From assembly GCA_012295275.1 (NCBI GenBank), contig CM022677.1:26784001-26848000 (forward strand): DNA of 64,000 bases, written 5' to 3'. The notes below the pieces were generated by a model. The model saw only the letters and a program-made list of their open reading frames with translations, ran no database searches and had not been told where the DNA came from. This DNA comes from Chrysomallon squamiferum (Eukaryota > Animalia > Mollusca). Position 1 is the stretch's first letter. Every line of letters starts with the position of its first letter. The position numbers and the translations under genes were made by a program. Below, piece after piece: positions 47,915-64,000 of the stretch.

Positions 47915-48617
47915 AAACAGACATGCTTGTAACAGCCATTCTTGAAACAAATATACAAACCACATGTTATGAGTGCAACTGACAGCAAAAATAGTAACAT
48001 CATTATTAAGCTGAAAAATGTACAAACATATCATTACCTAGAAGAAGAAGAAAGGTAGAAAAGAAACAAAACAAAGAAGAAAACGATTGATATCAATAAT
48101 TTATAAAAATATATAATAATTCAAAAAAGAAATGAATGGCAAATAAAATAAATCTAGCTTCAAGAAGAAAACAATAAATAAGTAAATTAGTATAAAAAAA
48201 AATATATTTATTTTTTATTTTGTTTTTCTTATATCTTTATGCTTAAAATTTTGTATTATTAATGTTTGTGCTTTAACGTTTATATTAAAATAATTTATTA
48301 CAAAATTGTTAGTGCTCGATATTTATACACATTACAGTTAATTATTGATTATTTAAAACTGATTTAATCGTGACTGACTTTTTCAAAAGATCTAATGAAA
48401 TTATCATACCTGTGATTTTAGTTTGTCGCTAATGATGGATCCACTTCTCCAAAATAAAAAAATTTCAAAAATTCTGGTTTCTCGAAACTAATTTCCTTTC
48501 GTGCTTTTTATAATATAGTAAAGTATCTAGACTGTAACTGTCATACGGTAGGACTACATCTTTAAAACAAATAATAAGACCCTTTTCAGATCCGAAATTA
48601 AATAAAAAGTAAACCTC

Positions 48618-48625
48618 TTACGTCA
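48618..48625 (-). promoter_or_regulatory. CRE/ATF variant at the inferred 5' end of gene G
   Basis: TGACGTAA on the minus strand, ~200 nt upstream of a CAG|GTATGA donor at ~48409. Confidence 0.4.
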
Positions 48626-50451
48626 TCAGCAAAACATTTCGTCATAATATGACCTTGATAGCAAAGTTCATGCCAATCCCGATCAGAAACTTTTGTGTTT
48701 GTCTGAGACTTTTACTGATCTGAACTTTTCAACGAGTGAAGTCTTCCTTATCTTGTCTGCATCTCTTTATTTATTTATTTACTTACGTCCTTACGTAATT
48801 ATTTACCTTCTTACTTATTTGATTTCTTACTTACCTACTTCCTTAACAACTAATTACTAATTTATTTTCTTAATTATAACATAATAACGGAATATTTACT
48901 TAACGAACAATTTGTACCATACCAACTGAAAATGCTAAAACATACTAAAATTCTATGGCGAACAAAATAAACGAAACGAGGATGTATGAATATTCGTTCA
49001 GCGGAGAATACTTCATGTTTAAACGCGTATTATTAATTTTCATGATTCTTTGATAGCCTACTTCATGAAGGCCCAGAAATAAAGGCTGAAGGAGATAACC
49101 ATCGCCACATTTAGACTTGATGAGCACTTAAGCTATGTAAAAGACCTGAGGCAACAATGTTTTATTTATTTATTTATTTATTTATTTACACAAGATGGTC
49201 TCAGAAACTTGCAAATATATATTAAATTATTTAACAGCAAAGTGAAGAATACAAATTATTTTCAAATGAATGCGCTTACTCTTTACATATTAATAATTCG
49301 ATTGGTTTAATCTGTTTCATATACTATAATAGAATGTACTATCCTCGAACCAGTTAAGACACATACGTACATACATACATACTGCATTCTTTCCTCGTCA
49401 GAAATAACAGTAAATCTTATTATCTAATGAACATAATTTTATTAATTTAAAATAAAAATATAAAAAAATAAATAAATAAATAAATAAATAAATAAAAATT
49501 CGCTTTAATAATTTACTGTCATCTATCATTATAGCTTCTTTTCTAAAGATAATGCGTAAAAATCTGAAACTGAAAAAAAAAAAAAAAAAAAATTAAACTT
49601 ATAGCTGTAGTTATTTATATTGCAGGACCGAGATAGCAGCCTCAAAATCATACCCCTCCCCAAAACAGAATCAGTCATACGGTTTTGTAGATTTTTGCAA
49701 GATCCTGTTAGATGAGTTATTCATGTTAACTATCAACCCAGTGACAGTAATTTTGAAGATCAGCGCGTTTTTTTACAGCACAGGTGTATATAACACAGAG
49801 ATATCAACATTTACGCAAACACGCGTGTGTGTGTGTGTGTGTGTTTGTGTGTTTTTATATATATATATATATATTCAACAATATATCGTTGGTTACATCA
49901 AGCACACACGTCACTGTTAAGGAACAAACTGGAACTTCTCTTTGTGGTATTTAGTTCTTCCTAGAGGAGATGAATATTCTCTCATTGACAGACTGTACCA
50001 CCTGACCAGTATCCTGATAAACATTCAGCTATGATAGACCAGATAAAACATCCGTCCAAAGAATTCTTACCAGTTTACAAAACTTTTTTTTTTTAAATTT
50101 CAAAATAGTTGCTAATCGTCACTTAAAATTTTAATATTTATTTTTCATTTATTTCTACATAAAATATTATCACAATCAAATATTATTTATGATGTCCGGA
50201 ATCGACTAAATTGTTTTCTGAGTATCAAACATTTGCGGATTCTCTTTTCAAATTCGGGACACCTCATAGTCCTCAACAGTACAATTCACCATAGTTCCTG
50301 CGTTTTCTGTATTTGAGCATGATTAATTGTAACATCTGTGATGTTACGTAATTCCTCCTAAAAAGTAGTTTCTTTTCAAAAGATGTCGTTTTAATAAAGC
50401 CCCTCAGTTTGATTAGCTTCAAACATTGTGTGTGTGCGTGTTTGTCTTTGT

Positions 50452-50488
<37 letters not shown>

Positions 50489-50711
50489 TGACATCAAAAT
50501 ACGCTAACTTTTGTCAACCAGTATTTTAATTTCATTGTCACGGGCTCTGGTACAAAAATGGTAAATTGCTGAGCTGAGTTTTAAACATATTTATATAATA
50601 TTTATTTTATTTTATTTTATTCTGTTATTACTCTTTGTTTTGTTGTTGACTCTAGGGTCAGACTGGTACAGTTCTGAATAGAAGCAACCTAGGACCGGTC
50701 TTGTATATTTA

Positions 50712-50742
50712 TGACGTCAGTGAATTAAGTGTTTTGACGTCA
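50712..50742. promoter_or_regulatory. Tandem perfect CRE sites upstream of gene H
   Basis: TGACGTCA at 50712-50719 and 50735-50742, ~320 nt before the ATG exon. Confidence 0.6.
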
Positions 50743-51060
50743 TTCTACATTAAATGGTGGACATCCTCAGCGGTTTTCAGAGAAGAGTGGTCAGTAGTAT
50801 TAATAATAAGATTTAATTTATATTTAGTTTTAAAGAGACACTTTTATAACTCATATTTGAAATATCCGTAGTAAAACGGGACAACGTGCATACTTGAATT
50901 AAGACAAATATATTTTATAAAAATAAATAAATCAATCAAACACAAACACAAACAACAAACAGAACTACAAAATAAACTAGAAAAAGAACCTAAAACATAT
51001 ATACAAACACCAAATTAATTAATTCATTTGTTTATTTACTTTCAGATTTCAAAGCAGAAT

Positions 51061-57583
<6,523 letters not shown>

Positions 57584-58873
57584 CTGCTGACTGACAGCGT
57601 GGACCGTCACGCTTGGCTGAACTTAGCAGTACTGTCTATACTGTGAAAGACTTTCCACTTGAATGTTGAGAAGTAATAATAATAATAACAACAACAACAA
57701 CAACAATAATAATAATAATATCCATACATATATATATATATATGTTTGTGTGAGATTATACATGTAGTATTTTCATTTAATGTTTTGAATTTTTTGTGTA
57801 TGTTCGTGAAAAATTGATACCATCAAAAGAAAAAATATAAATGGAAAAAAGGAAAAGAAATCTATGTTTTTATTTTCTCTTTTCCATTGTTTTATATATA
57901 TATAAACGAACCAAGAAGTAATAAATGAATATATAAATTAAAAATGAATGGAAATAAATAATCCAGAACAAAAAAAAAAAAAAATAATAATCATAATGAA
58001 AAAAAATTAATAGTAATAATAATAAAATATATAAAAAATTAATAAATTAAAAAAAAATTAAATATATATAAAAAAATATTAGAAGAATAACAAATTTTTG
58101 ATTTATATTTTGTCATGTTCACAAAGAAATGTGAGGAAGTCTTGGTGAAGAAGTTACACAGTTTGATGTGTATCAGTGTCCCAGCATTTCTTTGTTTATA
58201 ATAACAGCTGCTAATACCAGAGCCACATTATAAAGTATCACTTCTTGTTAGTCCACTATGGCTGTACTTTAAGTAGCTAGGGTAAAGTATGAAAAAAAAA
58301 AAAAAAAATTCTTCCATTAATCTGTAACAGTAATATCTAGCTCCTTAACAGCAAAGTGCATGGGGAAAAAATAAATAATAATACAAAATAAATAAATAAA
58401 ATCCTTGTTTCAGTCCATAAGAGTAGTAATTTTGTAACAAGGTTAAAGTACATAAGATTCCACACTGTTAACAACTGCAAAGAAGAAAAGTGTAAAGAAA
58501 TAAAAAAACAGATCTTTATTTCAAACTGTGCACACGTGTATGAGATTTTTATCAGAATGATAATGATTTAGTAACAGTTTAATAATAATAATAGTAATAC
58601 AACGACTGCTACTACCACTACTACTACTACTACTACTACTGCTACTGCTACTACTACTACTACTAATAATAATAATAATAAGATAATAATAAGCTTACTA
58701 ATTAAAAAAACAGTGAACTTAAGAAGGTGAAAAAGAACAATAAATGCAGGGACACATTTCAAAGACTTTTATAAAGATTTCTTTCATTATGGTTTTATTT
58801 CACAAGAATATAAATCACAACTAATTAAAAACAAATGATATAAATACATAGATACTGTTTTCTTCCAACTGAC

Positions 58874-58929
<56 letters not shown>

Positions 58930-59117
58930 TTCTTTTCATTCTGTATACTTTCTAAACATATCACATTTTATATACAAATGTATAATTCTTTTCTTTCTTC
59001 ACTCTTTCTCTTACATTCTATCTATCTATCTATCTTTCTGTCTATCTCTCTATCTATCTATCTATCTGTCTATCTATCTGTCTATCTATCTATCTATCTA
59101 CCTATCTATCTACATTA

Positions 59118-59253
59118 TTATTTCTCTGTTTCTAACCCGTTTACGCTGCTACTGGAGATAACAGATATGTGTTCTGTTGAATGGAAGGAACATTGTGTCA
59201 ACACAGACTGGGAACTCAGCAGTGTATGTTCCAGAGAAGTTCTGTACCAGTAT
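59118..59253 (-). CDS. Probable terminal coding exon of a minus-strand gene whose other exons lie beyond the window
   Basis: An island of complex sequence between simple repeats, with a good acceptor (tttgtgtttacag). It is open to a stop in phase 2 (YWYRTSLEHT..GLETEK*) and in phase 0 (ILVQNFSGTYTAEFPVCVDTMFLPFNRTHICYLQ*). The frame cannot be decided. Confidence 0.35.
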
Positions 59254-59339
59254 CTGTAAACACAAACACTTTACTTCTTGTGTAGCTTTACTTTACTGTG
59301 TAGCTGTACTTTACTATGTAGCTGTACTACTATGTAGCT

Positions 59340-60664
59340 GTACTACTACCACCACTACTACTACCACTACTACCACTACCACTACTATACGATCACTACT
59401 ACCACCACCACTACCACTACTATACTACTACTACTACCACCACCACACTACCACCACCACCACCCACTACCACTACACCACTACTACCACTACTACACTA
59501 CCACCACCACTACCACCACCACCACCACCACTACCACCACCACTACCACCACCACCACCACTACCACCACTACCACTACCACCACTACTACCACCACCAC
59601 CACCACCACCACCACCACCACCACCACCACCACTACTACCACCACCACTACACCACCACTACCACCACCACTACCACCACCACTACTACCACCACCACTA
59701 CCACTACCACTACCATACTCACCACTACCACCACTACTACCACCACCACCACTATACTCACCACCACCACCACCACTACTACTACCACCACCACCACTAC
59801 TACTACCCACCACCACTACTACCACCACCACTACTACCACCACTACCACCTACTACCACTACTACTCACCTACCACCACTACTACTACTATACTACTACT
59901 ACCACTACTACTACTACCACCATTATACTACTACTACTACCACCACCACCACTACCACCCACCACCACTACCACCACCACCACTACTACTACCACTACTA
60001 CCACCACCACCACTACCACCACTACTACCACCACCACTACCACTACCACTACTACCACTACCACTACCACTACTACTACCACCACCACTACCACCACTAC
60101 TACTACTACTCACTACCACCACCACCACTACCACCACCACCACTACCACTACTACCACTACCACCACCACCACTACCACCACCACTACAACCACCACCAC
60201 TACTACCACCACCACTACCATACCATACACTACTACCACTACTACTACTACCACTACTATACTACTACTACTACCACTACCACCACCACCACCACCACTA
60301 TACCACTACTACTACCACTACCACCACCACCACCACCACCATACTACTACTACTACCACTACTACCACCACCACCACTACTACCATACCATACTACTACT
60401 ACCACTACCACCACCACCACCACCACTACCACTACCACTACTACTACTACACCCACCACCACCACTACCACTACTATACTACTACTACTACCACTACTAT
60501 ACTACCACTACTATACTACTACTACGACCACTACTATACTACTACTACGACCACTACTACCACTACCACTACTATACTACTACTACTACTACTACTATAC
60601 TATTACTACGTCCACTACTATACTACTACTACTACCACTACTATACTACTACTACGACCACTAC
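59340..60664. repeat. (CCA/CTA)n trinucleotide field, continuing at 63421-63980 beyond the transposon
   Basis: Source of the spurious 516-aa Pro/His/Tyr/Thr ORF. Confidence 0.95.
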
Positions 60665-60668
60665 TATA

Positions 60669-63416
60669 GGGTCATTCCGTGTCAAATCACCCAATGGTTT
60701 AAACCCGACCGTCTCAGATTTTTATGAAACTTTGTATACTTGTTGACTGGGATCCCACAGCACGAAATCTGAAATGTTAGCTCAATCAGACCAGTGGTGT
60801 GGGAGATACGGCCCACCGAATTTTGAGATTTTTGCCAAAAATGGGTGTGACCACCAACCTTAGAACCCTCATATCTCAGGAACTACTGGGCCAATCTTCA
60901 TAAAATCGGTATTGTTAGAAAGGCAAAATGACAAGGATTCCAAATCTGCCATTTTTGTTTAGTTTGGAAAATATTGGATTACCTTGACCTTTTGACCTTT
61001 GCTATGACCTTGAAATTGACCGTGTGGATCACGTGATCTTCAGATGACCTTTAGTGAAATTTAATTTCCCACATGTTAACTAAAACATATAAAAGTTTCC
61101 TGGGTGTAATATTTTTTGTTTAGCCACAATATAGATTTAAAAAATGCACATACATGAAAATAACACCTTTTCAGCCATTAACATCTGATTAACTAAAACC
61201 TGAATGATCAATTCTGGATGCTAGGAATCACCATCTCTCTTAATCATCGAGTAAGACATTGTAGGCCTACATGTATGCATAAAAAGTTCACATATAAAAG
61301 TTTCCTGGGTATAATATTTTTGTTTAGCCATAATAGAGATTGTAAAGGGTGACAAAATCAAGATTTGCACACGCTCTGGGTAGGATTCAGACATTAAGAT
61401 GTCATTTTAATGTTACTGTAGCTGATGCTAGTTTTTTTTCTGTCCTTTCATTCATTTACTGGAACGTGCTAGTGAATGGAGTTTGACAGGAGTTTCGCCT
61501 AAACTCGACAGAATAGAATTCAAATCAAAGTCCTTTTCTGGGGAAACAACAACCAGCGATTTGTCTGGCAAGTTATCACCAAATTCTCCCATTGTAATAC
61601 CACCCATACTAAAGCCATCCTCTGCAGGACCTTTGATTTCTGAAGGGTAATCAGACAGTCACAGCACAACTTGTCTCCTGGCACTAGTGTCTTTGGAGGA
61701 TTTACTAAGCATTTGTAAGTGCCCACGCTAACAATTCTTAAAGATCTAGTGCGTGCTTGCTCAGGGTGGCGATTAAGGAGATCACAACAGTTTTTCTGCA
61801 ATGTTGAAAATTTGATGAAAAGTTCTTGTTCATGATACTCTTGATGTCCCGTGTTTTGATCCCACTTCAAAGAGTGAGGAGTTCGACTTCCTCAGTTTTC
61901 CATACACTTCGCAACAACTCCTTTTTGATATGATGGTGTTGATAACACACATTTTCAGGAGAGTTAAAGCTGCAGTTAGCCTGGAAGAAATAAGGATTTT
62001 CAGTATTGGCCTGCACCTTCAATTCAATAGAACAAAGTCAGTGCTTTCCTAAATATTAAATCAAATCCTGAAACCCTTTCAGTAAATGTAAGCAGGTCGT
62101 AAAATGGCAGCAGAGTACATGTGTTATTGCCAAAGGCCCACAAGTCTTGGGCATTTATGTCAATCTTCTCAAGTATAAATCACAGTTTATTAAGGTGAAG
62201 TAGACCTTGTTCATACTCTGTGCTGAAGACTGGGTGTACAAATACATTATGCAGTACATCACTTGATGACGTCTGATTTCAGACTGGGTTGTACTGTTGT
62301 TGACTGAAACCTTGTTCAAAACCAATGGCAAGGCCCACATGACATGATAAAATTACTTAATAGGTTTTATGAAATAAAAATATTGTTTATATATCAACAT
62401 CTGACATTGTGTCCAACTTAAAAAGCTTCAGATTGTCAAAGAAATGCAAATGAAGAAACTTCTTTGTCTTAAACTTCTAATTGCCATGTGCTCAATGGGG
62501 ATTGCACCAGGGAATCTAAAGGAGTTCCTGACCTGCCTGAAGCATCACTTCCTGTTAACCCTTTGAGCCTGATTGTGTAGAACATGTCATGCCATTTGGC
62601 ATCTTTTCATATCCTTCAGGCATTCCTTCAGACATGTCAGGTGGGTTTTAACTCCAAAGATGAGTTTTTAGTCTCAGAGAAAATGTACATTGTAATGCAT
62701 TGTATCAATCATCCATGCAGGTATGCATTTTTTTAAATCTCTATTATGGCTAAACAAAAAATATTATACTCAGGAAACTTTTATATGTGAACTTTATGCA
62801 TACATGTAGGCCTACAATGTCTTACTCGATGATCAAGAGAGATGGTGATTCCTAGCATCCAGAATTGATCATTCAGGTTTTAGTTAATCAGATGTTAATG
62901 GCTGAAAAGGTGTTATTTTCATGTATGTGCATTTTTTAAATCTATATTGTGGCTAAACAAAAAATATTACACCCAGGAAACTTTTATATGTTTTAGTTAA
63001 CATGTGGGAGATTAAATTTCACTAAAGGTCATCTGAAGATCACGTGATCCACACGGTCAATTTCAAGGTCATAGCAAAGGTCAAAAGGTCAAGGTACTCC
63101 AATATTTTCCAAACTAAATAAAAATGGCAGATTTGGAATCCTTGTCATTTTGCCTTTCTAACAATACCAATTTTATGAAGATTGGCCCAGTAGTTCCTGA
63201 GATATAAGGGTTCTAAGGTTGGTGGTCACACCCATTTTTGGCAAAAATCTCAAAATTCGGTGGGCCGTATCTCCCACACCACTGGTCTGATTGAGCTAAC
63301 ATTTCAGATTTGGTGCTGTGGGATCCCAGTCAACAAGTATACAAAGTTTCATAAAAATCTGAGACGGTCGGGTTTAAATTTCTTCTTTTTTTGGGTGATT
63401 TGACACGGAATGACCC
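60669..63416 (-). mobile_element. Non-autonomous DNA transposon with ~670-bp terminal inverted repeats and TATA target-site duplication (Sola-like; superfamily tentative)
   Basis: Begins GGGTCATTCCGTGTCAAATCACCCA (60669) and ends TGGGTGATTTGACACGGAATGACCC (63416). The inverted match extends over ~60669-61341 vs ~62736-63416. TATA flanks both ends (60665-60668, 63417-63420). Internal decayed Cys-rich ORF remnant at 61520-61950 (-). Confidence 0.9.
61640..61950 (-). pseudogene. Decayed ARL14EP-like N-terminal Cys/His domain inside the transposon
   Basis: EEVELLTL*SGI followed, after a frameshift, by YHEQELFIKFSTLQKNCCDLLNRH..SLRIVS..LVPGDKLCCDC. This resembles, from memory, the ARL14EP N-terminal pattern (LLLQLRTG..FEDLQKSCCDPFNIH..LVPGWKLCPKC). 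Confidence 0.6.
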
Positions 63417-63795
63417 TATACTACTACCACTACTATACTACTACCACTACCACTACTATACTACTACTACTACCACTACTACCACTACCACTACTATACT
63501 ACTACTACGACCACTACTATACTACTACTACTACCACTACCACTACTACTACCACTACTACCACTACTACCACAACTACTACTACTACCACTACTACTTC
63601 AACTACTACTTACCACTACTACCACCACTACTACTACCCACTAACCACTACCACTTCCACTACTACCACTACTACTACCACCACTACTACTACCACTACA
63701 CCACCACCACCACCACTACCACCACTACTACTACCACCACACCACTACCACCACTACTACCACCACTACCACCACTACTACCACTACTACCACTA

Positions 63796-63826
<31 letters not shown>

Positions 63827-64000
63827 CACTACACTACTACTACCACCACCACCACCACCACCACTACCACTACTACCACTACCATACTACCACTACTATA
63901 CTACTACTACCACTACTACTGCTACTACTACTACCACTACTACTACCACTACTACCACTACTACCACTACTACTACTACTAGTAATAATAGTATTAGTAA

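Noticed and set aside
59177-60727. 516-aa Pro/His/Tyr/Thr ORF resembling an extensin or His-rich protein
   Set aside because: It is a translation of a (CCA/CTA)n field that lacks stops by composition, drifts between repeat frames and ends inside a transposon TIR.

Overview
Eukaryotic, AT-rich, extremely microsatellite- and minisatellite-rich invertebrate DNA. The repeat landscape and TTAGGG-type telomeric tract would fit a mollusc such as a cephalopod, but the taxon cannot be fixed from sequence alone. Almost all long ORFs in the supplied track are translated simple repeats. Between the repeats is a tandem cluster of at least 8 paralogous, intron-rich genes (A-H, on both strands), assembled by hand from GT-AG sites. 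They encode type-I membrane proteins: signal-peptide exon, 0 to 6+ thrombospondin type-1 repeats (TSRs; 26 in total, one per phase 1-1 exon), short linker micro-exons, one TM exon (phase 1-2) and one cytoplasmic-tail exon. The TSRs are highly divergent and mostly of a non-canonical type. The tails are unrelated to one another: one has an ITIM consensus, one a Met/Gly/Pro/Tyr low-complexity plus polybasic region, one an acidic end. CRE/ATF motifs (TGACGTCA/TGACGTAA) sit at the inferred 5' end of nearly every gene. Also present are a Tigger/pogo fragment, a 2.75-kb long-TIR DNA transposon with a decayed ARL14EP-like N-terminal domain, an interstitial TTAGGG tract, a ~0.9-kb duplication and many minisatellites abutting splice sites. 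Gene models are manual predictions without transcript evidence.
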